Shown one piece after another: positions 37,294-47,762 of a stretch of 64,000 nt of DNA; positions within the stretch are counted from its first letter, which is position 1; every line of letters starts with the position of its first letter. Both the position numbers and the translations under genes were made by a program. The stretch is from the NCBI GenBank assembly GCA_040905385.1, contig JBBDRP010000002.1:85337-149336 (forward strand), written 5' to 3'. The DNA is from Minisyncoccota bacterium (GTDB lineage: Bacteria; Patescibacteriota; Minisyncoccia; Phycocordibacterales; SW-6-46-9). Below the pieces are notes generated by a model. It ran no database searches, was not told where the DNA came from, and saw only the letters and a program-made list of their open reading frames with translations.

Positions 37294-37962
37294 ATGACTC
37301 ATACCGTACATCCATATGCACATCGAATTGGAATCCTCCGCGGCTGGAAGTCGCACTGGTTTTCTGAGAATGATCAGTACCGCAAATACTTCAAGGCGGA
37401 TACGCTCATTCGTAATTACGTTGAGCAGCAGACACGAACCCACCACGTGAGCTCTATTGAGATGGAGCGTAGTGAAGGAAAGCTTAGTGTCATCATCAAG
37501 ACCAGCCGTCCCGGTCTTGTTATCGGACGAAACGGTGAGAATGCGCAGGTGCTAAAGGATGGAATTGATAAGCTGATCCGCAAGCAGGACCTAGAAAAGC
37601 CAGAGCACATTGCGATTGATGTACAGGAGGTCCGCTCACCAGAATCAGACGCGGCGATTGTCGCGCAGATGGTACGCAGTAGTCTTGAACGTCGCTTCCC
37701 GTATCGTCGAACCCTAAAACAAACGGTTGACAAAGTGATGGCTAACCGTGATGTAAAGGGTGTCCGTATCTCGATTGCTGGTCGACTCGGCGGTGCTGAT
37801 ATGTCCCGTCAGGAGGAGGTGAAGAAGGGCCCAATTCCACTACAGACCTTCCGAGCTGATGTTGATTTTGCTCGTGATACTGCTGTACTTTCGTACGGAG
37901 CGATTGGAGTTCAGGTATGGATCTACCGTGGAGAGGTATTTGATAACGAAACCAAAAACTAA
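37294..37962 (+). CDS. rpsC: 30S ribosomal protein S3
   Basis: HP...R.GI.R.W.S.WF, KH domain, G-rich RLGGA. Confidence 0.9.
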   Translation: MTHTVHPYAHRIGILRGWKSHWFSENDQYRKYFKADTLIRNYVEQQTRTHHVSSIEMERSEGKLSVIIKTSRPGLVIGRNGENAQVLKDGIDKLIRKQDLEKPEHIAIDVQEVRSPESDAAIVAQMVRSSLERRFPYRRTLKQTVDKVMANRDVKGVRISIAGRLGGADMSRQEEVKKGPIPLQTFRADVDFARDTAVLSYGAIGVQVWIYRGEVFDNETKN

Positions 37963-37964
37963 TT

Positions 37965-38390
37965 ATGTTGTTTCCGAAGAAAGTAAAACACCGCAAGTGG
38001 CACAAGATGCGCCGGCACCCTGACAAGATCGGGGTAGCGAGCCGTGGAACAAAAATTTCCTTCGGATCGTATGGTATCAAAACACTTTCGTACGGACGCA
38101 TTACCTCAAATCAGATCGAGGCTGCCCGTCGTGCCGGAAAGCGTCACGCTGGAAAGGCTTCAAAGATGTGGGTACGAATCTTTCCAGATCGTCCATATAC
38201 TGCCAAGGCACCAGAGGTACCCATGGGATCCGGAAAAGGAGAGCTAAAGGGCTACGAGGTAGAGGTGCTTCCAGGACGGATGCTTTTTGAAATTGACGGT
38301 GTTACCGAAGATGTAGCTCGAGAGGCTTTTCGCAAGGCTGCTACCAAGCTGCCTGTAAAGACCAAGTTTGTCTCTCGAGATCATTCTTAA
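37965..38390 (+). CDS. rplP: 50S ribosomal protein L16
   Basis: ML.PK..KHRK.H.MR. Confidence 0.9.
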   Translation: MLFPKKVKHRKWHKMRRHPDKIGVASRGTKISFGSYGIKTLSYGRITSNQIEAARRAGKRHAGKASKMWVRIFPDRPYTAKAPEVPMGSGKGELKGYEVEVLPGRMLFEIDGVTEDVAREAFRKAATKLPVKTKFVSRDHS

Positions 38391-38394
38391 TACT

Positions 38395-38580
38395 ATGGCA
38401 GATTTTACGAAAAAAACCGATAAGGAGTTAGAGAAATTACTCGAAGAAAAGCGTGAAGCGCTTCGTGAGCAGCGATTTTCTCTGACAAGCGCCAGTGGTG
38501 AGGATGTTCGTGATATGAGGGAGAGCAAAAAAGATATTGCCCGCATTCTTACCGAGCTGCGCTCACGAGATCTAGCTTAA
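38395..38580 (+). CDS. rpmC: 50S ribosomal protein L29
   Basis: KELEKLLEEKREALREQRF. Start chosen at MADF, just after the rplP stop. Confidence 0.85.
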   Translation: MADFTKKTDKELEKLLEEKREALREQRFSLTSASGEDVRDMRESKKDIARILTELRSRDLA

Positions 38581-38594
38581 TTTATTTCCATACT

Positions 38595-38852
38595 ATGTCT
38601 GAAAAGAAAACAAAACCAAATCCAAAGAAACTACAAGGAACCGTCGTATCTACGGATATGGAAAAGACGGCTGTGGTGATGATCGAGCGCTTTGAAAAGC
38701 ACCCAAAGTACCTAAAATATATAAAGAGAAAGAGTAAGCAGTTGGTGCATGACCCTGAGGAGCAAGCAAGTGTTGGCGATAAGGTCATCATCGAAGAAAC
38801 TCGACCGGTCTCAAAGAAGAAGCGTTTCAAGCTTAAGGAGATTCGTAATTAA
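38595..38852 (+). CDS. rpsQ: 30S ribosomal protein S17
   Basis: GTVVS..M.KT.VV.IER...HP.Y.K.I.R..K...HD.....VGD.V.I.E.RP.SK.KR. Confidence 0.9.
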   Translation: MSEKKTKPNPKKLQGTVVSTDMEKTAVVMIERFEKHPKYLKYIKRKSKQLVHDPEEQASVGDKVIIEETRPVSKKKRFKLKEIRN

Positions 38853-38858
38853 TCAACC

Positions 38859-39230
38859 ATGATTCAGCCACAAACATTAGTAAAAATTTGTGATAACGCC
38901 GGAGGAAAAATCGGCCGCGTTTTCAAGGTAATTGGTTCTTCCAAAAAGCGCACCGCCGAGATTGGTGAGGTAGTGGTACTGTCGGTACAGGTAGCCGAGC
39001 CACGAAAGGATGTGAAGAAAAAGGATGTGAAGCACGCTGTTGTTGTTCGTCAGCGCAAGGCGAAGCGTCGAGCCGATGGATCATACATTCGTTTTGATGA
39101 AAATGCAGTTGTGTTGATCGACAAAGAAACCGGCTTGCCGCTCGGTAACCGTGTCTTCGGTCCGGTTCCACGTGAGCTGAATGATGCTGGGCATGGACAG
39201 ATTGCCTCATTGGCTAATGAGGTTGTATAG
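38859..39230 (+). CDS. rplN: 50S ribosomal protein L14
   Basis: MIQ.QT.L...DN.G.K......V.GSS.KR.A.IG. Confidence 0.9.
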   Translation: MIQPQTLVKICDNAGGKIGRVFKVIGSSKKRTAEIGEVVVLSVQVAEPRKDVKKKDVKHAVVVRQRKAKRRADGSYIRFDENAVVLIDKETGLPLGNRVFGPVPRELNDAGHGQIASLANEVV

Positions 39231-39349
39231 ACGTGCAAACCGCTTAGGACTTAAGGAGTCTTAAGCGGTGAGTGGGTCGAACAACCCGAGTACCATAGCA
39301 AAGCTAGCCACAGGAAGATCAACGAAAAAGGAAGTAAAGTAATATTATT

Positions 39350-39565
39350 ATGAACGTCAAAAAAGGTGATACAGTAGAAATAATTGCTGGCAACGACCGT
39401 GGCAAAACGGGTACCGTTGACCGCGTGATTCCGAAGGAGAATCGCGTGGTAGTTGAAGGAATTAATATCCGCAAGAAGCACACCAAGATAACTTCTGATG
39501 GTGGTGGCATCATCGAGAAAGCGATGCCTATCCATGCTTCTAACGTGCGGAAGATCAAGGAGTAA
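39350..39565 (+). CDS. rplX: 50S ribosomal protein L24
   Basis: KOW motif KKGDTVEIIAG.D.GK.G.V. 71 aa. Confidence 0.85.
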   Translation: MNVKKGDTVEIIAGNDRGKTGTVDRVIPKENRVVVEGINIRKKHTKITSDGGGIIEKAMPIHASNVRKIKE

Positions 39566-39712
39566 ATGTATATTTCGACTATGAATCTTCCGTACCCAGC
39601 CCTTTCTGTGTGGCAAAAGATGCTGTATTGTGTACACGATTTTGAAAGAGCTGGGTGCTGGAATTTCTAAGTTTACTCAAGTTGTCACTTTCGCTCACTA
39701 AGTAATTTCAAC

Positions 39713-40267
39713 ATGACTCAAACACTACAAGAAAAACAAAAAACTGCCTTCGATGCACTATCTGAAACCCAAGGATATGAGAACAAGATGGAGGTACCGC
39801 AACTGAAGAAGGTTATTATCACGACCGGAATTGGTTCGGTCTCAGATCCAGAAAAGATTGAGCTGATTCGCGATCGACTGGCTAAGATCACCGGCCAAAA
39901 GCCAGTAGCAACCAAGGCCAAGCACTCGATTGCGGCCTTTAGTACACGCGAGGGCGATGTAATTGGCTACAAAGTAACACTGCGCGGGGAACAGATGCGC
40001 AACTTTATTGATAAGCTTATTCATCTTACACTGCCGCGTACTAAGGACTTTCGTGGTATTTCCCGAGATACGATTGATGAGATGGGTAATATCACTATTG
40101 GTGTTTCCGAGCACACTGCTTTTCCGGAAACCTCGGATGAGGAGCTTAAGAATGTCTTTGGTTTAGGAGTAACGATTGTTACGACAACCAATGATAAGCA
40201 GGTTGCTGAAGGATATCTGGAACATATTGGTATCCCGTTTCAGAAGCGTGAGGAATCAGTTGAATAG
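39713..40267 (+). CDS. rplE: 50S ribosomal protein L5
   Basis: IGYKVTLRG..M..F.DKLI...LPR..DFRG. Confidence 0.9.
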   Translation: MTQTLQEKQKTAFDALSETQGYENKMEVPQLKKVIITTGIGSVSDPEKIELIRDRLAKITGQKPVATKAKHSIAAFSTREGDVIGYKVTLRGEQMRNFIDKLIHLTLPRTKDFRGISRDTIDEMGNITIGVSEHTAFPETSDEELKNVFGLGVTIVTTTNDKQVAEGYLEHIGIPFQKREESVE

Positions 40268-40380
40268 ACCCTCTATGTAGCGTCTATTTCGTTGACATTG
40301 CACCCGCCAACTGTTACTCTAGCAGTCGGTATGCAGGGGCCTCAGATGGCCTTTTTTGTATCAAAAATACGTAAAATACT

Positions 40381-40650
40381 ATGGCAAAAACATCAGTAAT
40401 AGAACGGAATAAAAAGCGACGTCGCATGGTTGAAAAATACCGAGAGAAGCGCGAGCGTCTCAAGCAGGAAGGAAAGTGGGAGGAGCTACAGAAGCTTCCA
40501 CGCAATTCTTCTCCAACGCGGGTTAATAACCGCAGCTTTTTAAGTGGTCATGCCAAAGGATTTATGCGTGATTTTGGAATTAACCGTATCGAGTTTCGAG
40601 AGCTTGCTAATGAAGGCAAGATTCCAGGAATTCGTAAATCATCATGGTAG
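40381..40650 (+). CDS. rpsN: 30S ribosomal protein S14, non-zinc long form
   Basis: MAK.S.I.RN.KR...V.KY..KR..LK......R.R....G...G..R.FG..R...REL...G.IPG..K.SW. 89 aa. Confidence 0.85.
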   Translation: MAKTSVIERNKKRRRMVEKYREKRERLKQEGKWEELQKLPRNSSPTRVNNRSFLSGHAKGFMRDFGINRIEFRELANEGKIPGIRKSSW

Positions 40651-41036
40651 ACCCTATCGCTGACATGTTAACGCGACTGCGTAATGCCGCAGCTGCGCAG
40701 AAACTATCGATCTCTCTGCCACATAGCAAACTTCTTGAGAGTATTGCGAAGGTTCTTGTAGAGGAATCCTTCGTTGAGAGGGTTTCTGTAGAAGAAGAGG
40801 ACGGCAAGAAGCAGTTAGTGATTGATTTGGCTTACGAGGATGATGGAACGTCTCATATTGAGCACGTTCGGCGAGTGTCTGGACCGTCTCGTCGTAGCTA
40901 CGTAGGGCTCAAGGAGATTCCGCAGGTACGCGGTGGTGCTGGTGATGTCATTCTGTCTACGCCGGAAGGAATCTTAACCGGTGACAAGGCGCGTCAGCAG
41001 CATGTAGGTGGTGAGGTGCTGTTTGAGATCTGGTAA
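40644..41036 (+). CDS. rpsH: 30S ribosomal protein S8
   Basis: DPIADMLTRLRNA. Confidence 0.9.
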   Translation: MVDPIADMLTRLRNAAAAQKLSISLPHSKLLESIAKVLVEESFVERVSVEEEDGKKQLVIDLAYEDDGTSHIEHVRRVSGPSRRSYVGLKEIPQVRGGAGDVILSTPEGILTGDKARQQHVGGEVLFEIW

Positions 41037-41218
41037 GTTTTTGCCCGTTGAATGAATACAGGTCATGAACGTGTATTCATTCTGAGGTTGCGAAACCTAA
41101 CCCGCGCGCAAAATCAAAGATTTTATTTTTGCGTAGCAAAAATGTTTAACCGGGTAGCGAAGTTACGAATGATATTTTTATTCGACTTCGTCTCAAAAAA
41201 TAGTCAGTAACATTCACT

Positions 41219-41752
41219 ATGAGTAGAATCGGCAAAAAACCTATCGAAGTTCCCGAAAACGTTACCGCCTCAATGAAGGACGGTGTCTTCACGGCGGAGG
41301 GACCAAACGGCACGCTGGAGCGTAAGCTGCATGATATTGTGTCTATTGAGATTGATGCTGGGGAAATTACTGTCACACCAAAAGAAAAAAATGTTTTTGC
41401 TCGCTCAATGTGGGGAACAGCCGCGGCACACATTAAGAATATGATCACTGGCGTGACCGAAGGCTTTAAAAAGCAGCTCATCTTTTCAGGAATTGGTTAC
41501 CGTGCAAATGTAGGGGGAGATACACTGACACTTGAAATGGGGTACTCACATAATATTGAACTTGATATTCCGGATACGTTGGAGGTATCAGTCGAGAAAA
41601 ACACCATTACCGTGAGTGGTCCAGACAAGGAGTTAGTTGGCTCTTTTGCTGCTGATATTCGTGCAGTACGAACACCGGAGCCGTACAAGGGATCCGGCAT
41701 TAAGTACGCCGACGAGATTATTCGTCGCAAGGAAGGTAAAAAGGCCGTATAA
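41219..41752 (+). CDS. rplF: 50S ribosomal protein L6
   Basis: [11 protein letters not shown]. An unusual 180-bp structured gap, with a GAATGAATACA..TGTATTCATTC hairpin, lies upstream. Confidence 0.9.
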   Translation: MSRIGKKPIEVPENVTASMKDGVFTAEGPNGTLERKLHDIVSIEIDAGEITVTPKEKNVFARSMWGTAAAHIKNMITGVTEGFKKQLIFSGIGYRANVGGDTLTLEMGYSHNIELDIPDTLEVSVEKNTITVSGPDKELVGSFAADIRAVRTPEPYKGSGIKYADEIIRRKEGKKAV

Positions 41753-41760
41753 ATTTTAAT

Positions 41761-42114
41761 ATGGGTAATCTTAATCCAAAAACAGCTCGACGACAGAAAC
41801 GACACCGCCGCATCCGAGCGCAGGTGGTTGGCACGGCCGATAAGCCACGTTTGAGCGTGTATCGCTCAAACAAGCACATGTATGCACAGTTGATCGATGA
41901 CGTTGCTGGTGAGACACTTGTGTCTGCTTCATCCTTGGAGCTAAAGCTGGACGAGTCGCTGATGGAGGCAGCCGAATTAGTTGGAAAGACGATTGCTGAA
42001 CGTGGCAGCAAGGCTGGAATTGAGGAGGTTGTCTTTGACCGTGGTGGCTACAACTACACCGGTCGTATTGAGACCCTTGCTGAAGCTGCTCGTGCTAATG
42101 GACTAACATTTTAA
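41761..42114 (+). CDS. rplR: 50S ribosomal protein L18
   Basis: R.RIR......RL.V.RSNKH.YAQ.IDD. Confidence 0.9.
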   Translation: MGNLNPKTARRQKRHRRIRAQVVGTADKPRLSVYRSNKHMYAQLIDDVAGETLVSASSLELKLDESLMEAAELVGKTIAERGSKAGIEEVVFDRGGYNYTGRIETLAEAARANGLTF

Positions 42115-42116
42115 AT

Positions 42117-42692
42117 ATGCCAGAAGATACAAAAACAAAAGATAAAGCTGACGATAAGCCCAAGACTGATAGCAAGCCTTCAGAGAAGAAGGGTGCCAGT
42201 CGCAGCGGTAAGAAGCAGAAAAAGCGCCAACGTCGCAGTGGCGGTGGTCGTCGTGATGATTTTGAGGCAGAGATCATTGATGTTCGTCGCGTAACGCGTG
42301 TGGTTGCTGGTGGACGTCGCTTCTCTTTCCGTGTCGCAGCAGTTGCTGGAGACCACAAAGGTAAGGTTGGCGTTGGTCTCGGAAAAGCAAATGATATATC
42401 TGATGCAATTGGCAAGGCTATCAACAACGCCAAAAAGAACTCGATCAAGATAGATCTTACTGACGACAACACAATTCCGTATCCAATCTCGGCCAAGTTC
42501 AATGCATCGGTCGTAGATATGCATCCAGCCCCAGGACGTGGACTTGTGTCGGGTTCTTCGGTGCGTGATGTGGTACGATTGGCAGGTATTAAGGATGTCA
42601 GTACCAAGCTCATCAGCCGCTCTAAAAACAAGCTGAACAACGCCCGTGCTGCTATTGCGGCCCTAAAGAAGATCGAAGCTAAGGAAGAATAA
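42117..42692 (+). CDS. rpsE: 30S ribosomal protein S5 with an N-terminal K/D-rich extension
   Basis: V.R.V.GGRR..F...V.VGD..G.VG.G.GKA..V..AI.KA. Confidence 0.9.
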   Translation: MPEDTKTKDKADDKPKTDSKPSEKKGASRSGKKQKKRQRRSGGGRRDDFEAEIIDVRRVTRVVAGGRRFSFRVAAVAGDHKGKVGVGLGKANDISDAIGKAINNAKKNSIKIDLTDDNTIPYPISAKFNASVVDMHPAPGRGLVSGSSVRDVVRLAGIKDVSTKLISRSKNKLNNARAAIAALKKIEAKEE

Positions 42693-42694
42693 TT

Positions 42695-43126
42695 ATGCAG
42701 TTACACGACCTAAAACCAAAAAGCAGAGCTAGCAAAAAGCGCATCGGACGCGGTGGGCCACACGGCAAGCAGTCCGGTCGTGGACACAAGGGTCAACTGG
42801 CTCGAGCCGGTGGAACACCACGTCCACAGCTACGCGATCGCATTAAAAAGATTCCTAAGCTTCGGGGATACCGACACAACCCGGTAAAGAAGAAGGCAGT
42901 AGCAGTAAATGTTGCCCAGCTCCAGCGGGTTGCAACCAAGGGTGATGTTGTATCACCACAGTACGTGGTGGAACACGGCCTGGTACGCAAGTCTGGCGCC
43001 CAGACACCAAAGATAAAGATTCTTGGTCAGGGTGATATTTCCACCGCTGTTACCGTGGTTCGTTGTCAGGTTTCTGACGTGGCTAAAGAGAAAATTGAGC
43101 AGGCAGGCGGTGAGGTACGAAGCTAG
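42695..43126 (+). CDS. rplO: 50S ribosomal protein L15. No L30 gene lies between rpsE and rplO
   Basis: L..L.P....KK...RGRG...G.G.T.G.GHKGQ. Confidence 0.9.
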   Translation: MQLHDLKPKSRASKKRIGRGGPHGKQSGRGHKGQLARAGGTPRPQLRDRIKKIPKLRGYRHNPVKKKAVAVNVAQLQRVATKGDVVSPQYVVEHGLVRKSGAQTPKIKILGQGDISTAVTVVRCQVSDVAKEKIEQAGGEVRS

Positions 43127-43335
43127 AAATTGTCTGCATCTCACCATATATTGCTATTATGAACACACTATCCCGCATCATTAATTATTCTTCGCCGGCT
43201 AAAACAATCTTATTTCGGCTGCATAACATCGCTTCGAGTTCAATGAACTTTGATTCATTTCACTCTCCAGCTCGTTTTTCGCTCGAAATAAGACCGTTTA
43301 TAGCACGGCGTGAGATAGCAGATAATTTCTAAAAT

Positions 43336-44598
43336 ATGTTTGATACATTTATTAAAAAAGTAAAGATCGCCTTTACCGATCCGGTTATTCGCAAGCGGAT
43401 TCTTTATACGTTGGGCGGTCTTTTTCTGTTTCGTATTCTGGCAACGGTGCCGGCACCGGGAATTGGTCAGGCCAACCTGGCGCCATTCTTTGCTGACAAT
43501 CAGTTTCTCGGACTTTTAAATATTTTTACCGGTGGAGGGCTTTCTAGTATTTCCATTGTGATGCTTGGAATTGGACCATACATTACTGCGGCTATTACCA
43601 TGCAGCTTTTGACGGTAATGAGCCCACGGCTGAAGTCGCTTTACCATGATGAGGGGCAGGCCGGAAAGCGAAAGTTCACCCAGTACTCTCGGCTTCTCAC
43701 TGTGCCACTGGCGGCTCTGCAGTCATTCGGTTTCCTGACACTGCTCCAGCAGTCAGACGTCATTGGCTCACTTGAGTGGTTCCCGCTAATGACTAACATT
43801 ATTGTCATTACAGCCGGTGCGGTGCTCTTGATGTGGATTGGTGAGCTGATTACCGAGTTTGGGGTAGGGAACGGTATTTCGCTACTTATTTTTGCTGGTA
43901 TTGTTGCCCAACTTCCAAGTACGATCGATCAGCTTATTCTTCAGTATACGCCGCAGATGCTGCCGACGTACCTTGGATTTGTGGCCATATCAGCCATTAT
44001 CGTCTGGGGTATCGTGGTGGTGACCGAGGCGGCCCGACCGGTGCCAATTACGTATGCCAAGCAGCGAGGACAGGGCAGCGGTGAGGTGTCTACGTATCTC
44101 CCGCTGAAGGTGAACCAGGCCGGTGTGATGCCGATAATTTTCGCGCTGTCTATCATGCTGTTTCCACAGATGGTGGTGAACTTCCTTGGTGCTGCTCCGG
44201 ATGCCGGTGGTTTCGTGGGCTTCCTGCAGAGTATTTATGAAAGTGACTTTATCTATGCTGGACTGTACTTTATTTTGGTTTTTCTCTTTACATTCTTCTA
44301 CACAGCCATTACCTTCGAACCAGACTCCGTGGCCGACAATCTGCAGAAATCCGGTGCCTTTATTCCGGGAATTCGCCCGGGCGAATCAACACGCCAGCAC
44401 ATCACTCACATCCTCACCCGCGTTACCTTCATTGGTGCCATCTTCCTGGGTCTTATCGCAGTGCTTCCAATTATCATGCAGCAGGTTACAAACACCCCAT
44501 CACTGGCAATCGGTGGTACCGCGCTGCTTATTGTGGTGGCGGTGCTGGTTGATCTTATTAAGCGATTAGACGGCCAAATAGCTATGCGCCAGTACTAG
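43336..44598 (+). CDS. secY: preprotein translocase subunit SecY
   Basis: 420 aa with 10 TM helices. GIGQAN, GGG.S..S..LGI.PYI.A.I..QL motifs. Confidence 0.9.
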   Translation: MFDTFIKKVKIAFTDPVIRKRILYTLGGLFLFRILATVPAPGIGQANLAPFFADNQFLGLLNIFTGGGLSSISIVMLGIGPYITAAITMQLLTVMSPRLKSLYHDEGQAGKRKFTQYSRLLTVPLAALQSFGFLTLLQQSDVIGSLEWFPLMTNIIVITAGAVLLMWIGELITEFGVGNGISLLIFAGIVAQLPSTIDQLILQYTPQMLPTYLGFVAISAIIVWGIVVVTEAARPVPITYAKQRGQGSGEVSTYLPLKVNQAGVMPIIFALSIMLFPQMVVNFLGAAPDAGGFVGFLQSIYESDFIYAGLYFILVFLFTFFYTAITFEPDSVADNLQKSGAFIPGIRPGESTRQHITHILTRVTFIGAIFLGLIAVLPIIMQQVTNTPSLAIGGTALLIVVAVLVDLIKRLDGQIAMRQY

Positions 44599-44828
44599 GA
44601 ATATCTATTGCGTCTTTTAATTTGTGAACATTTTTACTCACGTGAGTGTAAGGCGCTAGCTAATTTGTTGCGAGATATATATTCGAGTCGTGAAAGCCGC
44701 TCAGCATCCCGCAAGTCGGGACGCTGAGCTTTTACTGTAATAGCTTAGTATTCTATTGCCTGTAATTTAAGTAGTAAAAAATTACCTCTGCAGTGGTGGT
44801 TTAAGAAATCATATTTTTAGTTCTAATA

Positions 44829-45389
44829 TTAATCACGCCATTGTTGGTAGGCGTCGATGACTTCTTTGGTTATTTTCTCGATACCTTTATTTGTTGTATC
44901 AATAACGAGGTCGTAGTTATCCGGATCAGTGTGATCAATATCATAGAGTTTTTTGTATCGCCGTTTTTCTCCGTCAATGCGCTCCTGCATCTCTCGGGCA
45001 GTTTTTTCAATTACGTCATGGTTCTCTCCGGATTTTATGCGTGTTTCTTTATTATCGGCGTGGATACGACGGGCGCCTTCCGCCAGGTCAACCGCCAGGT
45101 AGACTGCAAAGCTTTTGGGAATAAAGTGCCAGGCCAGTCGTGAGTCGATAATGACATTTTCAGCATCAGCCAGGCTCTTATTGCGGGCATCAATTGTCCG
45201 GTCAATTTCCGGGTTCTTCTCGGCTTCCTGGAGCAGCTTAGAAAGTGTGATGCCGCGTTCATGGGCGATTTCGCGCATGAAATCACCAGAGGAGAAGCGG
45301 CTCCAGCCCAGCTCTGCAGCAACTCGGTCAGCGATGGTTGATTTACCACTTCCGGGAAGACCACCGATGGTTATGATGGGTTTGCTCAT
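44829..45389 (-). CDS. cmk: cytidylate kinase
   Basis: P-loop ITIGGLPGSGKST. Start chosen at MSKPIITIGG. Antisense, between secY and adk. Confidence 0.8.
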   Translation of the reverse strand: MSKPIITIGGLPGSGKSTIADRVAAELGWSRFSSGDFMREIAHERGITLSKLLQEAEKNPEIDRTIDARNKSLADAENVIIDSRLAWHFIPKSFAVYLAVDLAEGARRIHADNKETRIKSGENHDVIEKTAREMQERIDGEKRRYKKLYDIDHTDPDNYDLVIDTTNKGIEKITKEVIDAYQQWRD

Positions 45390-45452
45390 TGCAGCTACTT
45401 TATCATATGATCCGGTGGATGTAACTTTTTCCCTTTGTGATATGGTGTAGCC

Positions 45453-46046
45453 ATGCAAAAACAAACATTCGTATTTCTTGGTCCACAAGGCAGCGGGAAG
45501 GGTACGCAGGCCGATCAGGTTGTTGCGTATCTGCGGGCAGAATCAGAAAGAGAGACGCTGTATTTTGAGACTGGTGCCGCGTTTCGACAGCTTGCCGAGG
45601 GTAGCAGCGAAACCAGTCATCACGTCCGTAAATCGCTAATTGCGGGCGATATACAGCCCTCTTTCTTGGCGGTTCGTCTCTGGGCAGAGGGTTTTGCGAC
45701 GGATCTCAATCAGGACATGCATCTGGTGGTGGATGGATCTCCACGGACACTGCTTGAGGCACGGATGCTGGACGAGGCCTTTGTGTTCTACGACCGAACG
45801 CCGGTAAAGGTCATCCATCTGACGCTACCGGAATCGGTGACGTACGAACGCCTGGCCGAGCGCGCCCGTGATGATGACCATCGCAGCGCCATCAAGCGAC
45901 GCCTGGCCGAGTACCAGGCCAAGACGCTACCGGTAATAGATTTCTATAAAGATTCAGATAACTACACTTACATCCAGATTGATGGGGAAGGGACCATTGA
46001 TGAAATTCAGCAGTCCATCCGCGATACAATTTCCTTACATGATTAA
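45453..46046 (+). CDS. adk: adenylate kinase, short form
   Basis: FLGPQGSGKGTQA P-loop. 197 aa. Confidence 0.85.
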   Translation: MQKQTFVFLGPQGSGKGTQADQVVAYLRAESERETLYFETGAAFRQLAEGSSETSHHVRKSLIAGDIQPSFLAVRLWAEGFATDLNQDMHLVVDGSPRTLLEARMLDEAFVFYDRTPVKVIHLTLPESVTYERLAERARDDDHRSAIKRRLAEYQAKTLPVIDFYKDSDNYTYIQIDGEGTIDEIQQSIRDTISLHD

Positions 46047-46806
46047 ACCAAAGACAACCGAAGAAATTGAGAAGCTGGCTGAAGGTGGCCACCGCCTGGC
46101 CGAGATTCTTTCTCGTCTTGCTGATGCCTGTCAGCCAGGTGTGGCGGTTAAGGATTTGGATGTCCAGGTTCAGGAGATGATTGCCCCCGAAGACAGCGCA
46201 GCCTTTTATAATTACCAGCCGGTTGGCGCACCGCGACCGTATCCGTCTCATGTCTGTGTCTCGGTCAATGACGAGATTGTGCACGGCATTGCCTCGGAAA
46301 GTGATCACGTTCTGGAGGACGGCGATGTGGTGACGGTGGATATGGGTCTACTTCATGAGGGACTAATTACCGACTCGGCCCGGACGATCGTGGTTGGGGA
46401 ATCTACTGATGAAAAAGACCGTCTTCTGAAAACCTGCCACGCGGCGCTGATGGCCGGTATCGATGCCATTACACCGGACGGTCACGTCGGTGATATCTCG
46501 GCTGCCATCCAGAAACGGATTGGTAATGACTACAGCATCTTTCGTGAACTGGTAGGTCACGGGGTTGGCTACAGCGTGCATGAGGACCCGGCTGTGCCAA
46601 ATTTTGGCCGTGCCGGTACGGGCCCGAAGCTACCGGTCGGGACAGTTATTGCTATCGAGCCGATGATTGGTCTCGGCAGCGACAGCGTGCTGGCCGACAG
46701 CGACGGCTATACCTACCGAACAAATGACGCTAGTCTTTCGGCTCATTTTGAGCATACCGTTGCCGTAACACCTACCGGCGGCCGGATACTTACCCACAAC
46801 CAGTAG
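46039..46806 (+). CDS. map: methionine aminopeptidase type I
   Basis: Pita-bread fold metal ligands (..D.G...D.., H.VGH..G, E.M). Start chosen at MIKPKT, overlapping the adk stop by 8 nt. Confidence 0.85.
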   Translation: MIKPKTTEEIEKLAEGGHRLAEILSRLADACQPGVAVKDLDVQVQEMIAPEDSAAFYNYQPVGAPRPYPSHVCVSVNDEIVHGIASESDHVLEDGDVVTVDMGLLHEGLITDSARTIVVGESTDEKDRLLKTCHAALMAGIDAITPDGHVGDISAAIQKRIGNDYSIFRELVGHGVGYSVHEDPAVPNFGRAGTGPKLPVGTVIAIEPMIGLGSDSVLADSDGYTYRTNDASLSAHFEHTVAVTPTGGRILTHNQ

Positions 46807-46857
46807 CTTCTTTACCTACCAATTTGTGCGTTATAATGGGTCTAATAACGTACGATT

Positions 46858-47751
46858 ATGCCTGGAAACTTTACACAAAAAAAAGAGCAACCACAGACTT
46901 TAAATAATAATGCAGACGTAAATGATGCGGCTTTAACTATTAAGGAGCAAATGATAGAAGCGCAAAAAGAAAGCAATGGTAATGGGTCACTTGGTGATCA
47001 TGTAGATATCGATGAAGTTGGTGAATTAAACAAGTCTGGTAAGAAAACTAATAAACTAGATAAAAAGCAAGAAGAAAAGAATGAAGGAGATGAAAGACTT
47101 CCAAAACGACCAACCAAAAATGGTCAGTCATCAAATACCGTAGAGAAGTCGGAATCAAAACCAGCGGCCAGTTCAGAGCAACCTACTGAGAAAGCTCCGC
47201 CGGCACCATACTCCGAAAATGAAACGGAGAAGAAAGTTGATTTCAGTGAGGAAAAGAATGATTCATCAGATACTAATAGTGAAGAAGGTAGCTCAGAAAT
47301 TACAATTGAATCCCAAAGAAAACCAAAGCTAGAAAAGATTATTTCGGCTGGTGACCCGGTACTTCTCTATGGAATCAAGGATTTTGATACACCAGGCGCC
47401 TGGTTCTATACCGGTGAATCAATAATGGTTAAGGAAGGCTCACAGCAAAAGAGCAAGGTGGAGATAATATATAAATATCCCGATGGTAGTGAGGGCGAGA
47501 AGCGAGAAGTATCTTGGTCGGAAATTACACCGATATATGAAAGTGCTGAAGAGTATACGCAGGCATTGCAGAAGATTCGTGACATATATGAAAAGGCAGT
47601 AGCGGAAAAAAACACTGACTACCAAGAGCATCTTGCCCATCTCTTAAAGCAGGTAAATTATTTTGCTATTGAAATTCTAAGAAAGGCTAAAGAGGAATAT
47701 GGGGCTCATTCAGAATCTGATCAAGATCAACTTGATAAAACCGCTGCTTAA
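46858..47751 (+). CDS. hypothetical acidic, largely disordered protein with a C-terminal small beta-rich module, paralogous to modules inside the giant protein
   Basis: 297 aa, K/E/S/N-rich. GDPVLLYGIKDFDTPGAWFYTGESIMVKEG..VEIIYKYPDGSEGEKREVSWSEITPIYE resembles the GDLVRYLDDGG.. and GDKVHWKNHLG.. segments of the protein at 47763-52868. Confidence 0.5.
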   Translation: MPGNFTQKKEQPQTLNNNADVNDAALTIKEQMIEAQKESNGNGSLGDHVDIDEVGELNKSGKKTNKLDKKQEEKNEGDERLPKRPTKNGQSSNTVEKSESKPAASSEQPTEKAPPAPYSENETEKKVDFSEEKNDSSDTNSEEGSSEITIESQRKPKLEKIISAGDPVLLYGIKDFDTPGAWFYTGESIMVKEGSQQKSKVEIIYKYPDGSEGEKREVSWSEITPIYESAEEYTQALQKIRDIYEKAVAEKNTDYQEHLAHLLKQVNYFAIEILRKAKEEYGAHSESDQDQLDKTAA

Positions 47752-47762
47752 TTTTATATATT